From an uncultured virus (IMG/VR IMGVR_UViG_3300034062_002168) (lineage: Duplodnaviria > Heunggongvirae > Uroviricota > Caudoviricetes): a stretch of DNA of 20,000 bases. A program made the translations under genes and the position numbers. Location of the stretch: the IMG/VR virus record IMGVR_UViG_3300034062_002168; one strand, given 5' to 3'. Below the pieces are notes generated by a model, which was not told where the DNA came from, did no database searches, and worked only from the letters and a program-made list of their open reading frames with translations. Position 1 is the stretch's first letter, and the number at the start of each line of letters is the position of its first letter. This document shows, piece after piece, positions 8,127-15,209 of this stretch.

Positions 8127-8618
8127 ATGGCGATAACAGAAGAACAGCTCAAGGCTATGAAGGGCCGAGTGAAGAGCAAGGCTACGGGAGTGGATGTGAT
8201 GATAGGCATCGACCCCGGCACCCATACTGGCTACGCGGTCTTCCACGTTCCCCTCAACACGCTCACCGAGGTCACGTCCATGGGCATAGTGAGGGCTATG
8301 GAACTGGTGTACGCCACCCACAAGACCTACAAGGAGATCGGGAAGGTGATCCACGTCTACGTAGAGGACACCCGCAAGCTACGCCTACCCAAGGCCATGC
8401 AGTCCAAGGGCAGGGAGCGTGGTGCCGGGTCGGTAGCGCGTGACATGTCGATCTGGGCCGAGTTCCTCGAGTATCACAACATCCCACACACCATGTGCGG
8501 GCTGTCTCCCAAGGAGTTCCGGCAGTCCACCGACGAGTGGTTCAGGAAGAAGACGGGGTGGGACAAGCGGACGAACGAGCACGGACGCTGTTCTGCGGGA
8601 TTGATCTGGAACCGATGA
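8127..8618 (+). CDS. RuvC-like Holliday junction resolvase (RNase H fold)
   Basis: IGIDPGTHTGYAVF, VYVED, C-terminal TGW..RTNEHGR. Confidence 0.8.
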   Translation: MAITEEQLKAMKGRVKSKATGVDVMIGIDPGTHTGYAVFHVPLNTLTEVTSMGIVRAMELVYATHKTYKEIGKVIHVYVEDTRKLRLPKAMQSKGRERGAGSVARDMSIWAEFLEYHNIPHTMCGLSPKEFRQSTDEWFRKKTGWDKRTNEHGRCSAGLIWNR

Positions 8619-9070
8619 CCCTCAAGCGCAAGACCCCACTCCGGCCAAAGAAGGCCATCAAGGCCAAGAAGCCGTGCGTCACCGTGGAGCAGATGATGTC
8701 CTCCGGCCTGCTGGCCCGTGGATCAACCTTCTCCAGCAAGCCCAAGCGGATCAAGCCACGGGCGGCGAAGAAGCCGGGAGGCAAGACCCAGATGGAAGTG
8801 TTCCAGCAGATCTGGGACGAGCGTGATCACGTCAGCGAGGTGTCCGGGCAGTGGCTGGGGGATGAGATGCAGCCAATCTTCATGAGTCACTGCCTGCCGA
8901 AGGGTGCGTACCGTAAATACAAGTTTGACCCACGGAACATAGTGCTACTTACTGCGGAAGAGCACGAACTATGGCACCTCAAGGGTCCGGAGTCACTTAG
9001 CCAGTTCGATGCGTGGAAGCCCATCTGTGACCTGTACTTCGAGTTAAGGGACGAGGCCAACAACGTGTAA
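8615..9070 (+). CDS. HNH/NinG-like nuclease-fold protein with basic N-terminus
   Basis: SEVSG...SHCLPKGAY...DPRNIVLLTAEEHELWH; start at ATGA overlap. Confidence 0.7.
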   Translation: MTLKRKTPLRPKKAIKAKKPCVTVEQMMSSGLLARGSTFSSKPKRIKPRAAKKPGGKTQMEVFQQIWDERDHVSEVSGQWLGDEMQPIFMSHCLPKGAYRKYKFDPRNIVLLTAEEHELWHLKGPESLSQFDAWKPICDLYFELRDEANNV

Positions 9071-9134
9071 AGAAACTGGCCAAATCTTTACATGTGTTCG
9101 TCAACATGTAAAGATTTGGCCAGTTTCTTTACAC
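9065..9134. repeat. Perfect 31-bp inverted repeat with 8-nt spacer
   Basis: gtgtaaagaaactggccaaatctttacatgt (9065-9095) / gttcgtca / acatgtaaagatttggccagtttctttacac (9104-9134). Confidence 0.97.
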
Positions 9135-9137
9135 AAC

Positions 9138-9178
9138 GCAATAAGCCCCGGCAGTTACGCCGGGGCTTCTTTTATTGC
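9138..9178. terminator. Bidirectional intrinsic terminator
   Basis: aagccccggc-agttac-gccggggctt followed by cttttatt; flanking gcaataa/ttattgc; between convergent operons. Confidence 0.88.
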
Positions 9179-9185
9179 CGTACCT

Positions 9186-11594
9186 CTACGCTGCCCAGAG
9201 TTCGACTCCAGTGCAGCTAAGGTTCAGTGTGTTGAAGATAGTGGGACTACCGCCGAACAACTGGCTGATGGTTGTTGGTGTAGGCAGCAGGATGGTGATA
9301 TCCGCGGCCGCTGCGTTAGTGGTGAACGAACCCACCACAGTGTTCAGGTTGCTGGCCAGAACGAACTGACGGTTACCGTTGGTCCTTACAGCGTTGTTCA
9401 GCCATCGGGAGTTGGCATTCTCCCTGATGATCGCCCCTTTAAGCACGATCCTGCGCACACCATTGATGACTGGCGAAAGCACTTGGTTGGCATTGATGGC
9501 GCTGGCTGGTCGGCTATCGAACTGGGTGCTGTAGTTCGGGCCGGTGATGCTTCCAGCCTTCCATGGTGCACTGGCTAGGTTCACGCACCCGGGCAAAGCC
9601 ACAGGGTTCAGCCCGTTGAACGTTACGCTGTACAGCGGAGTTGGGCCGGGAGGGGGTGGAGGCGGCTCCACATTCTGCACGAGCAGGTTCGCAGTCCCCA
9701 CGATGGCGTTCACCGTGTACCGAACCACCACACTGCCGGGGGCCGTAGTGGTCACCAGACCTGTGCCCGAGATGGTAGCGGGTCCGGAGGCAATGCTCCA
9801 CGTACCGCTGGCCGACATCGGGACCCCGTTCTGGTCGAACACCACCGCAGTTGCCTGCACCGTTCCACCGAATGGAATGGTGCTGCTTGACAGCGTCACG
9901 TTGATGGTCGTGGGAACAGGGGGCTGTGGGGCTGGGTTGTTTGCAGTGAGTGTATTGCTTCCACTTACCGCGCCCTGAGAGTACTGAACGAGGATGCCAC
10001 CGGCAGACAGTGCCGTCACTACACCTGCCCCGGTGATGGTAGCAGAGCCAGAGACGATGCTCCACGTACCGGCGGGGGTGATGGTGTTGCCGAACTGGTC
10101 GGTCACAACAACAGACGCCTGAGAGGTCTGCCCCAGCACCACAGCGGTCGGGTTTAGCGACACCACGATGTTCGTGGGGATGCCAATGGGGGGAGGAGGC
10201 GGGGGCGGAGGAGGAACGGAACCCTCTCCTGCTGGAGGAGCGATCGTGTAGGGAGGGGTGCCAGCTTGGTTGTCCCATGCGCCGATGAACGCCCCGGTGT
10301 TGTTGTCCACCGCCAGCGTACCCAGACGACCGGTGGCCATGTTGGTCACCAGCACGGGCTGGAAGAAGTCCGAGATCAGTGCGCCACCAAGCTCACTGGT
10401 CCAGCGGAAGTTCTTGACGCGGGTGCGGAAGTACCCGTTCTTGTTGAACTGGCCGGACAGCGCGTCATTGATCCACATCTTGCGGTTGAACACGTCGTGC
10501 AGCAGTCCATAGCAGGGGCCGAACAGCGCGAACATGTCAACGGACACCTGACAGGAGTTCGACAGGGTTCCCGTGTTGTTGAAGTCGGCGTTGATGCGGA
10601 ACATGCAGTGAGGAGCACCGTTCACGGCGGCGTACTGAATGTGGCCGAATGATGCCTGCACCCACCCCTGTGCGTCCATGACCATCGTTCCCTTTCCAAC
10701 CGGGCGGTTGGGGGCAGGGCCGGTCTCGCTCTTGTACCACGAGCAGTGGAAGGAGGTCGAACCAACGCGACCGTAGCCACCCTCCACACGGAACACAGCG
10801 GGGCACTCGTCGCTCTCCACGCTGTTGAAGTTGTGCTGGCCACCACCCTCCAGCCAGAAGGCCGCAAGGTTGTTGTTGAAGCTGGCCGCTTGGCCGTAGT
10901 TCACGTAGGTTCCACGGACGTGGTGGAATCCAGCCCCCTCAAAGTCATCGGCGAACACGTTGTGGATGAAGGCATTGCTGCCCATGTCCCACACCTGTAC
11001 GCCGCACTTCAGAAGCAGTGGGTTGTAGACGTTCGACGCCTTGTTGCCCACCAGTCGCATGTTGAGCAACTGGAACGCCTCGTTGTATCCGAACAGGTTC
11101 TCGTCGCCCCATGTTCCGGACTGCCAGATGGCGTCCTCGTCGTCACCCAGCCAGCGGGCCTGATCCAAGTGGAGGGAGGTTGATCCCTGACCGAACGTGC
11201 CGCCAAAGTCGGGGCCGTTGGTGAAGAACTCGCTGGACCCCTGACCCGAGTAGATGCCGAATGCAAGCGGCAATGGGAAGTTGATCTCGTAGCGACCGGC
11301 GGGAATGTTGATGTTCACGCGGCTCTGGCAGGTGGCCGTGTAAGCAGCAGCATGGCCAGACCAGATGGCATCGCTGATAGCAGCGGTCATGCAAGTGAGT
11401 TGCATAAAGGTGGTGATGTTGCCACCGATGGCCTGCCATCGTGCCCAGAAGTACTGGAATGCTGCCTGTGCTTGGGCTTGGCTGAACCCAGCGTCCGTCA
11501 GGGTATCGTTTCCGATTCGCCAGTCAAACTGTGCCCCTAGTGGAGTGGTGTACTCCTCTAGGATATTGTAGTACATCTGGTTGTTGCGCGTCAT
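9186..11594 (-). CDS. 802-aa multidomain protein: pectate-lyase-like beta-helix, poly-Pro linkers, two Ig-like (Big_2) domains, C-terminal beta domain
   Basis: TAAISDAI...INIPAGRYEIN beta-helix cap; two ~80-aa repeats (DQ[FN]G...GTWSI.SG.ATI.G.G.VT); PPPPPPPPP linkers. Confidence 0.8.
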   Translation of the reverse strand: MTRNNQMYYNILEEYTTPLGAQFDWRIGNDTLTDAGFSQAQAQAAFQYFWARWQAIGGNITTFMQLTCMTAAISDAIWSGHAAAYTATCQSRVNINIPAGRYEINFPLPLAFGIYSGQGSSEFFTNGPDFGGTFGQGSTSLHLDQARWLGDDEDAIWQSGTWGDENLFGYNEAFQLLNMRLVGNKASNVYNPLLLKCGVQVWDMGSNAFIHNVFADDFEGAGFHHVRGTYVNYGQAASFNNNLAAFWLEGGGQHNFNSVESDECPAVFRVEGGYGRVGSTSFHCSWYKSETGPAPNRPVGKGTMVMDAQGWVQASFGHIQYAAVNGAPHCMFRINADFNNTGTLSNSCQVSVDMFALFGPCYGLLHDVFNRKMWINDALSGQFNKNGYFRTRVKNFRWTSELGGALISDFFQPVLVTNMATGRLGTLAVDNNTGAFIGAWDNQAGTPPYTIAPPAGEGSVPPPPPPPPPIGIPTNIVVSLNPTAVVLGQTSQASVVVTDQFGNTITPAGTWSIVSGSATITGAGVVTALSAGGILVQYSQGAVSGSNTLTANNPAPQPPVPTTINVTLSSSTIPFGGTVQATAVVFDQNGVPMSASGTWSIASGPATISGTGLVTTTAPGSVVVRYTVNAIVGTANLLVQNVEPPPPPPGPTPLYSVTFNGLNPVALPGCVNLASAPWKAGSITGPNYSTQFDSRPASAINANQVLSPVINGVRRIVLKGAIIRENANSRWLNNAVRTNGNRQFVLASNLNTVVGSFTTNAAAADITILLPTPTTISQLFGGSPTIFNTLNLSCTGVELWAA

Positions 11595-11612
11595 GCCTTA
11601 GGCTTTGAAGCC

Positions 11613-11620
11613 CAAAGGTA
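11613..11620 (-). promoter_or_regulatory. Bacteroidota-type promoter -7 element
   Basis: CAAAGGTA on + strand (TACCTTTG on -), 18 nt before ATG 11594. Confidence 0.75.
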
Positions 11621-11644
11621 CGCAACTACTTGTAAGTCAGGTGG

Positions 11645-11998
11645 TTACAGAAGGCCAACCAGACAGATCACGAACACGGAGATCTCGACCACCTTATCTG
11701 ACAGGCTGGTGGATAGCCCCATGCTTTCATCGTAGGTCAGTTCGTAGGTCGTGTCCCACAGGGTATATCCGATGGGAATGAGCAGGAAGGTCTGCCACCC
11801 GAAGCCAAGCGACACTAGCGAGGCCGACACCAGCAGCAGCAGGAAGCCCATCTCGACACCGATGGTGATCTTGGTGCCGGTGCTCTCGTAATGCGCCTTG
11901 GCGTCAGCGGCGTCCATCTTGGCCTGCGTATTGGCGTGGGCGTAGGTCAGCACCACGTACAGCAGGATCATGAACAGCTGTGCCAGTGCTATGGTCAT
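11645..11998 (-). CDS. Multi-pass membrane protein (117 aa)
   Basis: Start MTIALAQLF at ATGA overlap; 3-4 hydrophobic segments. Confidence 0.75.
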   Translation of the reverse strand: MTIALAQLFMILLYVVLTYAHANTQAKMDAADAKAHYESTGTKITIGVEMGFLLLLVSASLVSLGFGWQTFLLIPIGYTLWDTTYELTYDESMGLSTSLSDKVVEISVFVICLVGLL

Positions 11999-12432
11999 TT
12001 GGCCGAGTTGATCACGTTCACCGCCACGACACCAACCAAGCAGACCGACCCAACAATGACGAACGTCTTGCCGATGGTCGCCCAAGCCTTTAGCCCGTCC
12101 CTCTTCTTCTGGCACTCGTCAAGCTGCTCGTCCATGATGGCTAGTTCGCCACGGGCACGCTCAATGCCTTCGTTCAGCAGGTCGATCTCCTTGCCGCTGG
12201 CCTTGAGTGCTTGGCGAAGGTTCAGCGCCTCCTTGCCTCGCTCGATGGACTCCTGCTTGTAGGAGTCCTTCATGTCCTCCAAGTACAGGCGGTAGGAGGC
12301 GATGACGATCAGGTCCTTGACGGGTACGATCGCTCCGTCCTTGACCAGCCTCCACCGTGGGTCAATCCCTTGGCTCTGTGAGTAGGATAGCCCTGAGAGA
12401 ATCAAGGCCAACATCAGTAACGCGCTTCTCAT
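11995..12432 (-). CDS. Signal peptide + coiled coil + C-terminal TM protein (spanin-like candidate)
   Basis: MRSALLMLALILSGLSYS-Q signal, coiled coil, C-terminal FVIVGSVCLVGVVAV; overlaps upstream gene by 71 nt. Confidence 0.65.
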   Translation of the reverse strand: MRSALLMLALILSGLSYSQSQGIDPRWRLVKDGAIVPVKDLIVIASYRLYLEDMKDSYKQESIERGKEALNLRQALKASGKEIDLLNEGIERARGELAIMDEQLDECQKKRDGLKAWATIGKTFVIVGSVCLVGVVAVNVINSAK

Positions 12433-12676
12433 ACTGCTTGATGGTTTTCGTGTCACGAATGTAGACAATGGAATCGGCGTTATCTCCGTGTGAGTTAGCC
12501 CTTTCCAAGGCCATGTCCCGCTCGGCCGTCAGTTCGTATACCTTTTGCTGTAGCTCCAGTTCCTTGTTCGGGTCGTACTCCGGGCATGGGAAGAAGTGCT
12601 TGTGGCCGAAAAAGCCGATGGCCGCGCCGACCACAACAGCAACGGCCACTGCGATCAAGGTTGTCTTGGTGGTCAT
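12362..12676 (-). CDS. N-terminally anchored coiled-coil protein (i-spanin-like candidate)
   Basis: MTTKTTLIAVAVAVVVGAAIGFF TM followed by coiled coil. Confidence 0.7.
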   Translation of the reverse strand: MTTKTTLIAVAVAVVVGAAIGFFGHKHFFPCPEYDPNKELELQQKVYELTAERDMALERANSHGDNADSIVYIRDTKTIKQYEKRVTDVGLDSLRAILLTEPRD

Positions 12677-12837
12677 AGGTGGTAGTAGATTACCCATAGG
12701 TTGATGGCTACGATGGTTGGGGTCAGGTTCAGCTTGCTACGAAGTTTCTGGTGCCAATCGAACAGGAACACGAACCACCCAAGCAGCGACAAGATGGTCA
12801 TTAGGATGGCGGCCGTGAGGAGTAGGGCTTGTAGCAT
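12673..12837 (-). CDS. Small two-TM membrane protein (54 aa, not in ORF track)
   Basis: MLQALLLTAAILMTILSLLGWFVFLFDWHQKLRSKLNLTPTIVAINLWVIYYHL; ATGA overlap with next gene. Confidence 0.7.
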   Translation of the reverse strand: MLQALLLTAAILMTILSLLGWFVFLFDWHQKLRSKLNLTPTIVAINLWVIYYHL

Positions 12838-12841
12838 GTTA

Positions 12842-12849
12842 CAAAGGTG
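12842..12849 (-). promoter_or_regulatory. Near-consensus promoter -7 element (CACCTTTG)
   Basis: CAAAGGTG on + strand in a 16-nt gap, 4 nt before ATG 12837. Confidence 0.5.
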
Positions 12850-12853
12850 CAAG

Positions 12854-13075
12854 CTATTTCACATTCGGAACATTCTTCCACATCCTTCCTTGTAACGAAA
12901 GTACCACAACCTTGCAATCCTTCGGCACGATCGGGAAGTATGGCTTGTCGTACCGGAAGCAGTGGTCTCGCCGGTCCCCCTTCTCCTCTGTCTCCAGTGA
13001 GAACACGAGTTTTGTCCTCTTGCCATCCACCGTGGCGATGAGTCGTTGTCCGGGTTTAAGTGTGTCTTCCATCAT
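12854..13075 (-). CDS. Hypothetical protein (73 aa)
   Basis: Tightly packed between neighbours. Confidence 0.65.
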   Translation of the reverse strand: MMEDTLKPGQRLIATVDGKRTKLVFSLETEEKGDRRDHCFRYDKPYFPIVPKDCKVVVLSLQGRMWKNVPNVK

Positions 13076-13076
13076 G

Positions 13077-13301
13077 TTATAGTTTGAATCCTACCGGGTT
13101 TCTGTCTTCTTGTGGAGGGGAAAATGGAAGTGCCGTCTCCATGCCCCTGCTGTTGTCGTCAGCCAATCCTACGATGGTCCATTCGCCCCTGTTGATCCAC
13201 CGCTTCCTGTCGATAGCCTCCAGTACCGCCTCCTCTATCGCCGACATCTTATAGACGCCGCGAACGAAGATGATCTTGGTGTCTACTAGGACGTGGATCA
13301 T
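13077..13301 (-). CDS. Hypothetical protein (74 aa)
   Basis: TAATG overlap with upstream gene; ends RNPVGFKL. Confidence 0.7.
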   Translation of the reverse strand: MIHVLVDTKIIFVRGVYKMSAIEEAVLEAIDRKRWINRGEWTIVGLADDNSRGMETALPFSPPQEDRNPVGFKL

Positions 13302-13495
13302 TAGTCAAGGATGGAGTCAACTATATCGTCGTCGGTTGGTCGTACCGAGTTCAGCGCGTCCTCGTATCCCATGGCATAGGCCGAGCGCATCATCTGGTTG
13401 TCGGGGCTGTTGAACTTCTTTCCACGTAGGAATGTCTTGTATCCCTCCTCGTACTGCTTCAAGATCATCTCCCTCTCCACGGCCTTATGCTTCAT
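13301..13495 (-). CDS. Small protein (64 aa) with Rmf/CrpP-like pattern
   Basis: MKHKAVERE...YEEGYKTFLRG...SP...RSAYAMGYEDA. Confidence 0.6.
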   Translation of the reverse strand: MKHKAVEREMILKQYEEGYKTFLRGKKFNSPDNQMMRSAYAMGYEDALNSVRPTDDDIVDSILD

Positions 13496-13515
13496 GGATG
13501 CTAAGGTACGGAGGG

Positions 13516-14160
13516 TCAACGACTCGCGGCCTTGGTCAGGTTGTCTCTCCACCACAGGGGTTGAAGATTTGTGTAATGCGATAAGTTCTTTAGGTCGTCC
13601 GAGTCATTGGCCCATGACAATGGAACGATGTGGTCTACGTGCCATCCAAACTGACCATGGTTCTCCCAAGTCATTCCGGGCTTGAACAGAGTTTCTATGT
13701 GGGCTTTGAACATGACTATGCTGCAACCAAGCGCGTCAATAGACCTATTTGGTCTATCCATCCCGCGCTTGACGGCTCTCTGTGTTGCGGCCCTAACAGT
13801 GTACTGAGCCTTGAATAATGGATCCTCCTTCCTCTTGCGGTTCTTCCAAGCAAGGTTGTACTTGGCCCTCTCTTCTGCATTCATGGCGCCCACTCGCTTC
13901 CACCTTCCCTTGCCTACTCCCTTGTTCGGTATAGGGTTGAGTCGCCTGTACTCTATGCTGTACGCCTTCTTCTTGGCCTTCACGTCGGGGCGCTTGCTGC
14001 GCTCCCTGTCGGCGGCCCTTATCCTCTCTCTGATGCTGTCTAGTTTGGCCTGCGTCCCCCAGTACTCACCTCCCTTTGAGGTCTTATCATAAGCGATGAA
14101 CACCATGCCGGTTTCTGGGTGAATGTCACCGCGCTTCCACCGTGGCCTGCTGTCGCTCAT
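13516..14160 (-). CDS. Free-standing HNH (homing-type) endonuclease
   Basis: LGCS...GMTWENHGQFGWHVDHIVPLS...HYTNLQPLWWRDNLTK; basic N-terminal DNA-binding region. Confidence 0.9.
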   Translation of the reverse strand: MSDSRPRWKRGDIHPETGMVFIAYDKTSKGGEYWGTQAKLDSIRERIRAADRERSKRPDVKAKKKAYSIEYRRLNPIPNKGVGKGRWKRVGAMNAEERAKYNLAWKNRKRKEDPLFKAQYTVRAATQRAVKRGMDRPNRSIDALGCSIVMFKAHIETLFKPGMTWENHGQFGWHVDHIVPLSWANDSDDLKNLSHYTNLQPLWWRDNLTKAASR

Positions 14161-15164
14161 CGCACCTTGCCATTAACAATAGTCATGTTCTCCACCTCAA
14201 ATGACTGATCTTGGTTGAGGTGAACGATAGCAAACCCCAAATTCCACTGTGAGTATGGCATATATTTCGGGGTTAATTCGCACAGACATCCCGTAGACCA
14301 CCATCCACGAATGTCGTGGCGAATTGTACGATCCATGTGCGAAGAGGTCCTGTGAAAGTGGCCACAGAGACTATTTTCTCCTGTGCGTAATGACAACCAC
14401 CTTGCTGGGTTAACTCCACCAGCCCCCTTGTACTCATCTCCGTGGATGATGTTCAGCTTGCCAGCTTGGATGTTGACCTTGTTAGCTATGAATTGAACCC
14501 CTGTCTCTCCGAACCTAAGCAAAGACGGTAGTTCAAACTCCTCCATGCCAAGTAGCATTGGCGAGTACTTCATCAAGTGCCTCTCAAGACGAACGCAATG
14601 GTTGCCCGCCTTGAATATGATTGGTATGTTCGGGAAGGCGTTACGAAGCATCTGCATCAGCATCCTACCTCCTTCAATCTCCCCCGCCCAGTCAACCAGC
14701 CGTGGATCCTTCTCATGGAATGACATGGCGTAGAAGTCCATGGTGTCTCCGTTCAGCAGCACAGCGTCTGGCTTCTCGGCCACGCAGTGCTCAATAGCTG
14801 CCCTAAGCGCAACCACATCGTGGTATGGGATGTGGATGTCACTAAGGATAGCCAGCTTCTTAATAGCCTTCGGGAGGATGTGTGGTTTTAGTTCCTCCGC
14901 TACGCTTTCTGGCATCATATCCTGCCAAGCATCTTGACCAGCCACTCCGTTCTTCTCGCGCTTCACACCATACTTGTCTCTTGGGTTAATGTTGGACCCA
15001 CTGCTGGCATACTTCTGGGCCAGCTTGCGGGCGTTCTCGATGTCGGGGAACAGATTCGGCTCCTTCTTGTTCATCAGCTTCGCTAGTGCAAGTAGCGGCA
15101 TCTTGGGGTAGTTCTTCAGGTACTGAACAACTACTGCCCCTTTGGGCGACTGACTTCCGGCCAT
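14157..15164 (-). CDS. Calcineurin-like metallophosphoesterase
   Basis: SDIHIPYHD, LNGDTMD, GNH, HGDE, GHFHR motifs; start MAGSQSPKG after promoter. Confidence 0.9.
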   Translation of the reverse strand: MAGSQSPKGAVVVQYLKNYPKMPLLALAKLMNKKEPNLFPDIENARKLAQKYASSGSNINPRDKYGVKREKNGVAGQDAWQDMMPESVAEELKPHILPKAIKKLAILSDIHIPYHDVVALRAAIEHCVAEKPDAVLLNGDTMDFYAMSFHEKDPRLVDWAGEIEGGRMLMQMLRNAFPNIPIIFKAGNHCVRLERHLMKYSPMLLGMEEFELPSLLRFGETGVQFIANKVNIQAGKLNIIHGDEYKGAGGVNPARWLSLRTGENSLCGHFHRTSSHMDRTIRHDIRGWWSTGCLCELTPKYMPYSQWNLGFAIVHLNQDQSFEVENMTIVNGKVR

Positions 15165-15186
15165 AAGTTTCAGGTTTAGGTGCCGC

Positions 15187-15209
15187 CAAAGGTAAGAAAA
15201 AATTCTTAC
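15187..15209 (-). promoter_or_regulatory. Promoter -7 element (15187-15194) overlapped by a 7-bp inverted repeat
   Basis: CAAAGGTA on + strand; GTAAGAA-aaaa-TTCTTAC at 15192-15209. Confidence 0.7.

Noticed and set aside
9065..9134. Protelomerase telRL site or CRISPR repeat interpretation of the palindrome
   Set aside because: The centre is an asymmetric 8-nt spacer, whereas telRL is palindromic through the axis; no protelomerase or cas gene in the window; no repeat-spacer array
9514..11540. Several alternative-frame and antisense ORFs inside the 802-aa gene (and similarly within 16016-18819)
   Set aside because: Arg/His/Ser-rich shadow translations expected in GC-rich coding DNA
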